Position numbers and translations under genes: made by a program. 56,767 bases of DNA from IMG/VR virus record IMGVR_UViG_3300008459_000056, positions 1 to 56,767 of that record. One strand, 5' to 3'. This document shows positions 1 to 9,265 of this stretch, piece after piece. The notes below the pieces were generated by a model that saw only the letters and a program-made list of their open reading frames with translations, did no database searches and was not told where the DNA came from. Every line of letters begins with the position of its first letter. The stretch's first letter is position 1. The stretch comes from a virus (taxonomy: Duplodnaviria > Caudoviricetes).

Positions 1-37
1 TTAAATATAATAATAAAAAATAATAGTTTAAATACTA

Positions 38-775
38 TTATTTTTGTTTTTCTAACCAAAAATCCAATACTTTTTTGGCTTCTAAACCCATGTATGGAAC
101 AGGGATTACTTCAAATTTTTCAGTTTTCGGGTTTAAATAAAAAAGATTCATTTTACCCACTTTTTTACGGGTTTCCATTTGGTACATATAAGCGTAGATT
201 GACATTTGTAGACTATATATACTGTATTGGCAATCTGTTAAATGTGAAACAGGTGGGTTTAACCAATGACCGTATTCAGATATGTATTTTATTTTTTTAT
301 TTGTCTTAAAATCCCTAACATTAAAATAATCACCACAATCCTCAATGATATCAGCCGTACCAGCTAACTTGTGTTTAGCCGAAAATAAAACAGTTTCGGG
401 GTATAGAGTACCTCTCATATCGTCAACTTCTTGGAAGAGGGTTATTATTTTTCTTTCATATTCATTTTTAGGAAAATAAATTCTACCAGCTAAAAGATAT
501 CTTTCTAATATTTCATGTATTTCAGTACCGTATTCATTAGCCTCTTTATTTATCCTTTCCCATTCTAATAAGATTTGGTTTTTGTCCATACCCCTATATT
601 CAGGTTTTCTGTCCTCGTCAGATTGTAAGGAAATAGCTAATGCAACCTCTTCAGCGGGGAAATGTGGTTCTAACATACCTAGAACTGTGGTAACTGACTT
701 AAATTTTTCACCTGTTTTTTTGTGTATGTACACATGTTCTACAGGTTCTAAATAAACATCACATTCCCTTTTCAT
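38..775 (-). CDS. PD-(D/E)XK family nuclease (RecB/Cas4-like phage exonuclease)
   Basis: Motifs HxY..SVTTVL, GTEIHEILE, AGTAD, DFKT and YSLQMSIY match the phage PD-(D/E)XK exonuclease pattern; no Cas4 Fe-S cysteine set seen. Confidence 0.8.
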   Translation of the reverse strand: MKRECDVYLEPVEHVYIHKKTGEKFKSVTTVLGMLEPHFPAEEVALAISLQSDEDRKPEYRGMDKNQILLEWERINKEANEYGTEIHEILERYLLAGRIYFPKNEYERKIITLFQEVDDMRGTLYPETVLFSAKHKLAGTADIIEDCGDYFNVRDFKTNKKIKYISEYGHWLNPPVSHLTDCQYSIYSLQMSIYAYMYQMETRKKVGKMNLFYLNPKTEKFEVIPVPYMGLEAKKVLDFWLEKQK

Positions 776-974
776 TTAAAATATTTTTAATCATAACATC
801 TTTTTTAGTGGGACAATTATCACAATAAGTTATATCTAAAATTTCTTTTATTTCATCATCCAAACCAAATAATGTGTCAGCTTTACCTATATAATCTATT
901 ATGCCTTGATAACCCCCTAATCTAAATTTTTGAATCAATACCTCCTTATTGATAAATCTTTTATTAAATCCCAT
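759..974 (-). CDS. hypothetical protein (71 aa)
   Basis: Fills the gap between the primase and nuclease genes, co-oriented, A-rich leader, 17-nt overlap with the downstream gene. Confidence 0.6.
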   Translation of the reverse strand: MGFNKRFINKEVLIQKFRLGGYQGIIDYIGKADTLFGLDDEIKEILDITYCDNCPTKKDVMIKNILNEKGM

Positions 975-985
975 TTTTAAATTTA

Positions 986-1951
986 TTATAATTCACTTTC
1001 TTTTAATTGTTTAGCACTTTTCATAACTTTAATCACACCCTCTCTACCAAAATCTTCATGTATTTTAGCTATATCATAACCATCTTCTAATTTTATAACT
1101 TTAATTCTACCAAATAACTTACCCACGTTTAACTTCACATAATGTTTTTTTGCGTCTTCCCAAGCATCAGAATCTAATAAAATTATTACATTAGCTGAAG
1201 ATTTATTAAATAAAGAATTCATTAATTTATCTGAAATTTTTTTACCTAGGATTGGTATTGAATTGTAAACAACCAAATGGTCAAAAGGTCCCTCAACCAA
1301 ATAAATATCTGAATCCCAATTCAAGCAACATTCATTGAATATAATTTGTTCTTTATCAGAATCTGGATTTAAATATTTTGGTTTAGCGTTAACATAAGTT
1401 CTAGTAACCCAATAATTTAATTCATTTTTAATATCGTAAGCAGGAATAACAACTCTAGAATCATAATATCCACCACTAACATAACCCATTTTAAATTTAA
1501 AAATTGTTTCAGGGGATAGTTTTCTTTGCTTAATTAAATAATTCCAAGCTTGTTTATATAAAATAGATTTAACATTACCCTCTTCAAAACTAATAAACCC
1601 TTTTGGTAGAGTTAAATCTTCTATTACGTTTGATTTTTTAACTTTTGATTTAAACTCACTTAAATCAAAACCAATCATTTTTAACTTTTTAATCTGATTT
1701 TTATTAGCAAAAGTTTTAAATAATTTTTTTAAACCACCCCTAGTACCCTGTATTTCACCACATGACCAACAATGGTATACACCTTCAGCTAAATTGACTT
1801 CTAGATTTCCTTTACCATCACCATCATATTCACCTTTTTCTGCAGAACAAACAGGACAATCAAAAGCATATTGTTGTTTATTTTCATTTCTTTTTTTAGG
1901 TTTACCTAAAACATCCAATAAAATACCGTATATTAATCTGTTTTCAGCCAT
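986..1951 (-). CDS. dnaG: DNA primase (Zn-finger + TOPRIM; DnaG/T4 gp61-like)
   Basis: CPVC...CWSC zinc ribbon, KYLNP, TOPRIM motifs LVEGPFD and LLDSDA. Confidence 0.88.
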   Translation of the reverse strand: MAENRLIYGILLDVLGKPKKRNENKQQYAFDCPVCSAEKGEYDGDGKGNLEVNLAEGVYHCWSCGEIQGTRGGLKKLFKTFANKNQIKKLKMIGFDLSEFKSKVKKSNVIEDLTLPKGFISFEEGNVKSILYKQAWNYLIKQRKLSPETIFKFKMGYVSGGYYDSRVVIPAYDIKNELNYWVTRTYVNAKPKYLNPDSDKEQIIFNECCLNWDSDIYLVEGPFDHLVVYNSIPILGKKISDKLMNSLFNKSSANVIILLDSDAWEDAKKHYVKLNVGKLFGRIKVIKLEDGYDIAKIHEDFGREGVIKVMKSAKQLKESEL

Positions 1952-1956
1952 TTTAT

Positions 1957-1987
1957 TAAAAATACAAAAAAAATATATTAAAGTCTA
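1957..1987 (-). promoter_or_regulatory. putative early/middle promoter upstream of primase
   Basis: Minus strand TAGACT-17 nt-TATTTT(TA); TAnnTTTA resembles the Bacteroidota -7 box TAnnTTTG. AT-richness weakens the call. Confidence 0.3.
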
Positions 1988-2001
1988 TTAAATTTATTTG
2001 C

Positions 2002-2056
2002 AAAAAAAATATCGGTCAAAAAACCGATATTAATTATAATCGGTTAAATAACCGAT
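2002..2056 (-). terminator. tandem hairpins ATCGGT-N6-ACCGAT; the left one is followed by a U-tract on the minus strand (intrinsic terminator and/or operator pair)
   Basis: aatatcggt/accgatatt at 2008-2031 and atcggtta/taaccgat at 2039-2056; A8 run at 2002-2009. Confidence 0.6.
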
Positions 2057-2069
2057 ATTAGTAATTATT

Positions 2070-2714
2070 TTATTTTTTATTACAATCCCATATACCGTCT
2101 CTACACATAGCAGCTCTAACACAAGTATAACTGTCTGTCATATCAAAATTTTCTTTTTTAAGTTTTTGGTTTTTGTCGTATTCCCAAACAATCTGTGGCT
2201 CTAAATCAGAAACTTTTTCCCAAACTAACATTTTTTTATCAACATCATATGGGTAATCTCCAAATAAAACTGCCGAATTTTTATCTATTTCTTTTTGTGA
2301 ATAAGGTTCACCTTTTTTATTAAATTTTCTTTTTTGTACTAATTCTGGATAAGCGTACCGTCTAGAATCGTTTGATGAAATAAATTCTGGTATTACATTT
2401 AAAACTTCTGAAACTACTTTAGAAATCATACCGTTAAATTTTAATAATGTTGCAACAGTAAAAACATTATTACTACCTAATAGAGGTTCTTCTATTATAA
2501 CACGGTCAATATCTAATTCAATATAACGTGTTATTAATAATTCAAAAGCATCAACTTTTTTAAACAACTCCTCTAACTTTGATTCTGGTTGTGGTTTAAT
2601 TTTGGGTGTTATGTGAGTTAATTCTAATAACTTACCGTCTCCTTCAAAAAGGGATATACCTATAGTTTTTGTACTAACGTCTAAACCTAGTACCCTACCA
2701 ACATTATCTTTCAA
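2070..2714 (-). CDS. ruvC: RuvC-like Holliday junction resolvase
   Basis: N-terminal VLGLDVSTKTIG strand, VIIEEP and C-terminal DMTDS acidic residues of the RNase H/RuvC fold; TTG start. Confidence 0.8.
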   Translation of the reverse strand: MKDNVGRVLGLDVSTKTIGISLFEGDGKLLELTHITPKIKPQPESKLEELFKKVDAFELLITRYIELDIDRVIIEEPLLGSNNVFTVATLLKFNGMISKVVSEVLNVIPEFISSNDSRRYAYPELVQKRKFNKKGEPYSQKEIDKNSAVLFGDYPYDVDKKMLVWEKVSDLEPQIVWEYDKNQKLKKENFDMTDSYTCVRAAMCRDGIWDCNKK

Positions 2715-2737
2715 AATATTAAAACATTAAAAAAAAA

Positions 2738-3859
2738 TTATAACTTAATATTAGCGTTTAAAACTAATATTTGGTTCCTTTCTTTGCTTATAGGTGTTTC
2801 TGTGACACCTTTAGCAACTAATTTACCTGTACTGTCGTAAAAGTCAACATAAGTTATATAAATTTTACCATCACACGATACTGGATCATAAGTTGGATTT
2901 TCTGATGTATCAAATTCATTTTTACCCGCAATAAGGGTCATGTCTAAACCTTGTTCAATATCATAAGATTTAAAAACAGTGTTAGCATCTGTAACTGAAA
3001 AAGTTGCCCCAGAAGTACTAGTTCCACCTGTAGCTACAGAAAAATTAAATCCGTTAACTAAATCTTGGTTAAAGATAGTGACTTTACCACCTAATAAATC
3101 TACTGCTCCAACTGGTTGGTCATAGTAATATCCATTAATGTCATCATTTAATAAATTAAATGGGAATTTTTTTCTAACAGTATAAGGACAATCTGCAGCA
3201 AAACCTGTCGACCAAGAATTAGTTGTAGACATAGTATAACCACTAACATTCGGTTTTTTAATATCATCACAGAAAAGATATAAAATACCACTACTATAAT
3301 AAGAGTTACTGTCTTTTGGGTTAACTCCGTCTTGTCTACTTAAACCTTCTTTTACTTGAGTTGTAACTTTTTGTGAATTCTCTGAAAGTAATCCATCCAT
3401 TATTGAACAAGCACATGGTCCATTTGTATTTTTTTTGTCATAAAGTTCTGTTTTCATATAAGAACCATATAAAGTTGTCGCACTTAAACCTAAAAAAGTT
3501 GATCCTGTATAGGTTGTATCTAAAGGTATTGTTAAACTAAAATTTAATCCATCGATACCAACTTCAAAAGAATCTTTACTAATATCCGTCACAATTATAT
3601 CACTACCAACTTCTTTGACTAAATATTCTAAAGCCGTACCAGACCAACCACCATCTAAATATGGGGTGATGAAATCATATTTCATTTTTGTATTAACAGG
3701 CATTTTAAATAAAGGCCCCATCCATAAATGAGAATAACTACTACCAGAAAAAGGTACTAACATGAATTTTAAATCTTCACCTGAAATTGTTTTAAGTGTA
3801 CTTTTAATTATCTCTTCTGTATAACTAACACTATCTATTGGTTTTAATAATTTTGCCAT
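2738..3859 (-). CDS. virion structural protein (baseplate/tail-collar-like C-terminal domain)
   Basis: C-terminus NEFDTSENPTY..YITYVDFYDSTGKLVAKG..PISK is paralogous to the C-terminus of 5528..7630. Confidence 0.55.
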   Translation of the reverse strand: MAKLLKPIDSVSYTEEIIKSTLKTISGEDLKFMLVPFSGSSYSHLWMGPLFKMPVNTKMKYDFITPYLDGGWSGTALEYLVKEVGSDIIVTDISKDSFEVGIDGLNFSLTIPLDTTYTGSTFLGLSATTLYGSYMKTELYDKKNTNGPCACSIMDGLLSENSQKVTTQVKEGLSRQDGVNPKDSNSYYSSGILYLFCDDIKKPNVSGYTMSTTNSWSTGFAADCPYTVRKKFPFNLLNDDINGYYYDQPVGAVDLLGGKVTIFNQDLVNGFNFSVATGGTSTSGATFSVTDANTVFKSYDIEQGLDMTLIAGKNEFDTSENPTYDPVSCDGKIYITYVDFYDSTGKLVAKGVTETPISKERNQILVLNANIKL

Positions 3860-3876
3860 TTTCTTTTATTTTTTAA

Positions 3877-4185
3877 TTAAGATACACCTAACATCCATTT
3901 ATTATTTTTTCTAGTCACATAAACAGCATCTAAATTTGGGAAAGCCATTTTTTGTGAGTCAATTTGTTGTCCGTTAACTTGGTAAACGAATCTACCAAAC
4001 TCAGATAAAGAAAAACCATAGAATTTAGTCGCATTTAAATTAATAGAATTTCTATCAAAAGAATCTGGTATATTAAAAATGTTAGAACCGTAAGGTTTAC
4101 CTTCATTCATTTTTAATTCACCTGTTTTAGAGAATTGTCTACATTTAGTACAAGAAGGGCTAGCTAATAAATAAGTTTTTTCCAT
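3877..4185 (-). CDS. hypothetical protein (structural module)
   Basis: 102-aa ORF tightly packed among structural genes. Confidence 0.6.
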   Translation of the reverse strand: MEKTYLLASPSCTKCRQFSKTGELKMNEGKPYGSNIFNIPDSFDRNSINLNATKFYGFSLSEFGRFVYQVNGQQIDSQKMAFPNLDAVYVTRKNNKWMLGVS

Positions 4186-4187
4186 TT

Positions 4188-5300
4188 TTAATTAATATTG
4201 TAAAAAGGGTTAGATGAATTCCAATTCGATTCATTTGAATCTAAAGTTATTTTTAACCTTAATTTAGCCATTTTTGGTTTATTGATAAATTTATTAGACT
4301 CTGAAGTTGTTACATCCATATTAATATTAACAACTTTTACTGTTGGGCTTAAATTTGATTGTTTTCCATAAAAATCAAACATATTTTTAGCCGCCGTTAT
4401 ACCAGATTCTAATAAACCTTTAAATCTAAAAATAGGTAAGTTAACGTTATCTTTATAAATTTTGTTACTATCCATCATTAAATTATGGTCAACACCATTA
4501 AACTTAACTGTTGGTAATATATTACTAGTTGTATTAAATTGTAAATCTACCAATTCTTCTAATCTTAACTGACCAGAATCAAGTGTATATACAAAAGAAT
4601 CTACTGGATATAATTGTAAAACAAATTTTCCGTTTTGTGTGATTTTATTAGTAGATTTAGATTTGTAACTACTAGCTGTTAATTGGAAAGGTGATTTAAA
4701 TCTATTATTATCGTATAAAACAGTAGATTTACCATCCACTTTATTAACTAATGTGTTTGTAAATACAGTATAATTTTTATAATCTTGATCTGTTTCAAAC
4801 ACATAGTTAAGGTTATAATTTTTTGTATCCCATAATTTATATTCACCAAAAGCATTTTCAGTGTATTCATATACATTTATAAAATCGTAAAGTTTTATAA
4901 ATGGTTCATAACTTCTAGAAACAGCATCAATATTAGAAATTGTATCTCTTAAACTTTGTAAATAGTTACCTAAATAAATTGTTACATCTAAATTTTTGTA
5001 CTCATTACCACCACAGTCATCAACAAAAACAATTTCTCTTTTAGCAATATCTTCTGTTGCTCTACCTGGTGTACCGATTATACTAATATTATCGGTATCA
5101 TTATAAATTGTTTTTATGTCATCACCATTAACTGATGTTACTAAAACAGATGAATTAACAGTTTCACTGTAGTTAATACCATCATCATTTAGACTAAAAT
5201 ATTTAATATCAAATTTACCATTAGGGTTTAATAATCTAGAAACACCATATTTGGTTAAATAAGTTTTAAATCCTGTTGTATTTACTTCTTCAAAAGCCAT
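4188..5300 (-). CDS. virion structural protein (tail-collar-like N-terminal motif)
   Basis: N-terminal LTKYGVSRLL..FDIKYFSLNDDGINY shared with the two neighbouring genes. Confidence 0.55.
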   Translation of the reverse strand: MAFEEVNTTGFKTYLTKYGVSRLLNPNGKFDIKYFSLNDDGINYSETVNSSVLVTSVNGDDIKTIYNDTDNISIIGTPGRATEDIAKREIVFVDDCGGNEYKNLDVTIYLGNYLQSLRDTISNIDAVSRSYEPFIKLYDFINVYEYTENAFGEYKLWDTKNYNLNYVFETDQDYKNYTVFTNTLVNKVDGKSTVLYDNNRFKSPFQLTASSYKSKSTNKITQNGKFVLQLYPVDSFVYTLDSGQLRLEELVDLQFNTTSNILPTVKFNGVDHNLMMDSNKIYKDNVNLPIFRFKGLLESGITAAKNMFDFYGKQSNLSPTVKVVNINMDVTTSESNKFINKPKMAKLRLKITLDSNESNWNSSNPFYNIN

Positions 5301-5303
5301 TTT

Positions 5304-5528
5304 TTATCTTTTATATATTATAGGACTTTTATTACCATTATAAATAGTAGTATCAGAGTTACCCTGAGTTTCTACTACTTTTTCAGGTTCTTGTGTTGCA
5401 TCATATCTAACACCGTCATCAGAAAAACTAAAGTACTTAAAATCAATTTTACCTTCTTTAATTAGTTTTTCTTTTCCGTATTTAGTTAAAGTCAACCTAA
5501 ATTTTTTATTTATATCAACAAAAGCCAT
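5304..5528 (-). CDS. small structural protein made only of the LTxxG..FSxxDDG.xY module
   Basis: LTKYGKEKLIKEGKIDFKYFSFSDDGVRY; clear paralog of the N-terminus of 4188..5300; TAATG coupling with the upstream gene. Confidence 0.65.
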   Translation of the reverse strand: MAFVDINKKFRLTLTKYGKEKLIKEGKIDFKYFSFSDDGVRYDATQEPEKVVETQGNSDTTIYNGNKSPIIYKR

Positions 5529-7630
5529 TAAAAATCTAAAGCTACCTCTAATATTATTGTTGTAACATTTGTTTTTTCAATCGGAGCTATAAACTTACCT
5601 ATGGCCACCAAATTACCAATGTTATCGTAAACACCTAATTCTGTTATATGTACATTTTGTCCACTACCAGCATAAGTTGGGTTTGTAGAAATATTAAATT
5701 GGTTTGGTGGTATTGTAAAGTTAAATAGTGTTCTATATTTAGTACTTAAACCAGAAGCGGCCATGTTACCGTATAAAAAGTATTCATCACCAAACTGTAA
5801 TATTTCGGTTTCACCAATTTCAGGAATGTTTATATAATCATTTAGATTAAAGGTTGTTGAGCTATATGTGTATAAATTTTCTGTTATAGTAAATGTTGAG
5901 TTTTCTAGGTTAATAGGGTCTATTCTTGTACCGATTGTGTGACCATTTATATTACTAGTATAATCAATTTTCTTCCATCCAGCTGGGTCTGGTTTGTCAC
6001 CCACCGGTACTCTTTGTACTAAAATTTCAAATTTATCTGCGTACCAACCAGTACCACCAGAAGTCATCATATAAGGTAGTTGTCCAGTAGGGAAAGTAAT
6101 ATTTACATCTTTTTTAGATGCGTCAGGTGAACAAGGTTCTATTGAATTGTTATAAAAGACACAAGTAATATTTTGACAAGGTAAACCACTAGTGTAACCA
6201 CTACTACTAGATAACAAATAAGTTACAAACACATCTTGTGTTTGATTAATAAATCCGTTTGTATTCGTTGTTAAACCATAACCTAAAGTAGGTAATGTCC
6301 AATTCCTATTTGATTTATAAGATAAAGCCGCTACCATTTCTTGGTCATGTATTGTAATCGTTTGTAAATCAGGGAAAACTCTACCAATACTAATTGTTGG
6401 TATATTTGGGTCAACTAAATCGTAGTAAGAAATATTTGTTATATTACCACCTAAAGTAACAAAATTAGTACTACCACTAGCAATGAATTCGTAACCAATA
6501 ATATCTCCTGTTCCAGAACCTGAAAAAATTCTGTTATGCCACATTAAAGTAGGCATTTTTAAAACAGGACTTTCATTAATAGATGGGTCAATATAAAATT
6601 TTTGACCATAAACTAATTCTGGTTGATTTTGACAACTTTCGTTATTTGAATAATGAATAATTGATATTGAATTTATATCATCACAAAATGTATTAGGATT
6701 GGTAATATTAGCTGGTTCATTATTGATAAATGTTTGTGTTAAACCTGATAATTGTCTTTCTGATGTATATCCATAATATTCTTTTGGTCCAACAAAAGAT
6801 TCTGAACCATAAGTTTCAAAACCTCTATAAACTGAAGTATCTATTCCTGGCATGTTATAAGTCCAAACATTATTCATATTCCAAACAGAACCACCAGAAT
6901 ATAAACCTGTATCAAAAGTGAAACCACTCATAGAACTAGGGTAGAATGTTGTATAGGCTATATTAGTAGATAAAGAAGTGTTAAAGTTCGGTAAATTTCT
7001 ATCTACTCTAACGATTAATGTGTTTGCTGAAACACTACCACTCAACGATTGTACTTTGTACCATAAATAAGGAACCGGTACATCTAATTCAACAATACCT
7101 TTATTTTGTGATAAAGTTAAATCAGGATTACTCATTTTTATTAACATAAAATCACCTACCGATGGTTCTAAACTACTTGGTACATAACTAGGTCCTTGGA
7201 AAACGTTAACAATATCAGTACCACTCATTCCAGTTACAGGAATAAAAGTGTCTGCTTGTATAACATAGTTAGAATCTGTGTATGCTGTATATTGAACTGG
7301 TGTTACTCCAGATAAAGAAGTAAAAAATCCTTTTTCAGGTGCTTGAATAACAGTGGTTATTTCTACTGGTGCTAAAAAGGGTATTGTTATATCTGGTGTC
7401 CCATTAGTAGTTGGGAATAGGGGTGTTTTTATATTAGGTTGGTTGTTCTTTGGTTTTAGAACGTTTTGTAAACTAATATTGTAATTAGGGCCTAAAGTTG
7501 TGTAATCTATTTCAGAATCACCTAATCTAAATGTTGTGAAATTTAATTGTCCAATAGACAATAATTCTCTACCTTTATCAGTTAACCTTGCGTTAACAAA
7601 AGCTCCTGTATTTTTACTTATATAACTCAT
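5528..7630 (-). CDS. baseplate/tail-collar-like structural protein
   Basis: N-terminal LTDKGRELL..FRLGDSEIDY and C-terminal HITELGVYDNIGNLVAIGK resemble the two halves of the P2 gpH-type tail-collar (DUF3751-like) domain. Confidence 0.6.
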   Translation of the reverse strand: MSYISKNTGAFVNARLTDKGRELLSIGQLNFTTFRLGDSEIDYTTLGPNYNISLQNVLKPKNNQPNIKTPLFPTTNGTPDITIPFLAPVEITTVIQAPEKGFFTSLSGVTPVQYTAYTDSNYVIQADTFIPVTGMSGTDIVNVFQGPSYVPSSLEPSVGDFMLIKMSNPDLTLSQNKGIVELDVPVPYLWYKVQSLSGSVSANTLIVRVDRNLPNFNTSLSTNIAYTTFYPSSMSGFTFDTGLYSGGSVWNMNNVWTYNMPGIDTSVYRGFETYGSESFVGPKEYYGYTSERQLSGLTQTFINNEPANITNPNTFCDDINSISIIHYSNNESCQNQPELVYGQKFYIDPSINESPVLKMPTLMWHNRIFSGSGTGDIIGYEFIASGSTNFVTLGGNITNISYYDLVDPNIPTISIGRVFPDLQTITIHDQEMVAALSYKSNRNWTLPTLGYGLTTNTNGFINQTQDVFVTYLLSSSSGYTSGLPCQNITCVFYNNSIEPCSPDASKKDVNITFPTGQLPYMMTSGGTGWYADKFEILVQRVPVGDKPDPAGWKKIDYTSNINGHTIGTRIDPINLENSTFTITENLYTYSSTTFNLNDYINIPEIGETEILQFGDEYFLYGNMAASGLSTKYRTLFNFTIPPNQFNISTNPTYAGSGQNVHITELGVYDNIGNLVAIGKFIAPIEKTNVTTIILEVALDF

Positions 7631-7634
7631 TTCT

Positions 7635-7642
7635 TATAAATA
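7635..7642 (-). promoter_or_regulatory. TATTTATA motif (putative phage late promoter)
   Basis: 4 nt upstream of the ATG at 7630; recurs in at least 9 intergenic spacers. Confidence 0.5.
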
Positions 7643-7647
7643 TGGTC

Positions 7648-9252
7648 TTAGTAAGAATTTATCTTATTATTTGTCGAGAATTTACCTATTCTACTGACAC
7701 TATTTGTTGTAAATATATTATCTAAAATGCCAGAATAAACCTTTTTATTGGTTACCCGCCATATATAATTTTTATTTGCTTGTAAATTAGGGGGTAAGTT
7801 AACATAATAGTAACTTTCACCATCAACATAATTAACTGTTATACCAGTTGTAACACCTGTGATAAAGTTAGGGTCACTATCTTCTGTTACTTCAACTAAA
7901 AAATCACCATCTAACCTATCATTAACTATTGTTGGGCTAACATTCCACTCCAATAAACTACCATAAGTAACAGTATTATAATTACCTTCTAAACAACCAT
8001 CATTTGTATAAGCCGCATATAATCTATCACCAATAGATAAATTTATACCATCAAATATTAATCTATTTTCTATACTTAAACTTAAGTAGTAATCTAAACC
8101 ATATGTTAACTTAATACCGTTTAAAAATAAAGTCATGTTTTTTTCAACATCTTTAGATGGTTTGTATTCTAAATAATATTCAAATTTACCCTCCTCTATG
8201 TTGTAATATACTTTATCTGTTGTTGTTACAGCTGAAGTAACACCACTAGTCACAGCACTTAATATTTCGTATTGTTCCGAATAAACAATATTAAAATCTA
8301 AATCTGAAGTTAAATAACTAGAGGTTATAACATCTATCAATGGATCTAAGCCCTTAATTAAAACAAAAGTTGTATCACCACTGATTTTATAATTAGAACT
8401 ACTTAAAGTAATACCGTTAACAGTTACCAGTAGAGTGTTGTTTAAAGGCTTTTTACTAATAGTAAAAGTGTCACTGTATAATGGGTCTATGTTTAAAGTT
8501 TCATTAATAAAACTAACTTCTTCTGTTTTAAAAACATAACTTTGCCCACATTCATTTTTTACTATTTCTCTAGCGGATAATAATTTATTACAACATTTTG
8601 TTGAATAACAATCAAATGGTCCTAACCTAGGTTTTTCTGGGTCAACTAAAGTAACAAAAAACCAAGAACTATTTTCATCGTAAAAATTACCTAAATTGGG
8701 TTCTACATATTTAAAGCCTTTAGAAAGACAATTATTTTTTATAAAAGTATAATTAGTATTTAATATATACTCTTGGTCTTTTTTAAATAAAACATTTAAT
8801 TCTTTTGTATAGACAAAAGGGTTTAATGTTATAGCGCTAAAATCTGTTGAGGCACTATAAACCAAATTATTGGTGTATAGTTGTGGTATTGTATTTAGTG
8901 AACCAAACAAATTATCGGTATTTGGTGGTATAAATTCAGAAGTTCTTTCGTATATTTGATAATCGAAGGTACCTGTATAAGCCGTTAAAGTGTCTGTGTT
9001 ACCAGTAAAATTAACAGTAAAAAATAAATTATTATTAGTTATGTTAAAAACACCAATGGAAGTTTCTGTTAATCCCGTATTTAATTTAGTTAAATTAGTG
9101 TAATATCTAGGGCCTTCAAAAAGTTCAGTACAGATATTAAAATTTGTTTTAATATTATTAATAGGAAAAAGTCCATACTCTTTTTTAATATTTTCAATTA
9201 CAATTTCTTCAGAAAAAGTACTAGGTATTATATTTTTTTCACATATAGACAT
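7648..9252 (-). CDS. virion structural protein with repeated beta-domains
   Basis: Two repeats of V/L-x-V/L-NG-I-x-L....D/NY (LVTVNGITL..NY; TLFLNGIKL..DY) and an FN3/Ig-like C-terminus (YIWRV). Confidence 0.55.
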   Translation of the reverse strand: MSICEKNIIPSTFSEEIVIENIKKEYGLFPINNIKTNFNICTELFEGPRYYTNLTKLNTGLTETSIGVFNITNNNLFFTVNFTGNTDTLTAYTGTFDYQIYERTSEFIPPNTDNLFGSLNTIPQLYTNNLVYSASTDFSAITLNPFVYTKELNVLFKKDQEYILNTNYTFIKNNCLSKGFKYVEPNLGNFYDENSSWFFVTLVDPEKPRLGPFDCYSTKCCNKLLSAREIVKNECGQSYVFKTEEVSFINETLNIDPLYSDTFTISKKPLNNTLLVTVNGITLSSSNYKISGDTTFVLIKGLDPLIDVITSSYLTSDLDFNIVYSEQYEILSAVTSGVTSAVTTTDKVYYNIEEGKFEYYLEYKPSKDVEKNMTLFLNGIKLTYGLDYYLSLSIENRLIFDGINLSIGDRLYAAYTNDGCLEGNYNTVTYGSLLEWNVSPTIVNDRLDGDFLVEVTEDSDPNFITGVTTGITVNYVDGESYYYVNLPPNLQANKNYIWRVTNKKVYSGILDNIFTTNSVSRIGKFSTNNKINSY

Positions 9253-9265
9253 TTATATAAAATTT

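Noticed and set aside
38-775. Cas4 / CRISPR adaptation gene
   Set aside because: Generic PD-(D/E)XK nuclease without the four-Cys cluster, and no array or cas1/cas2 nearby.
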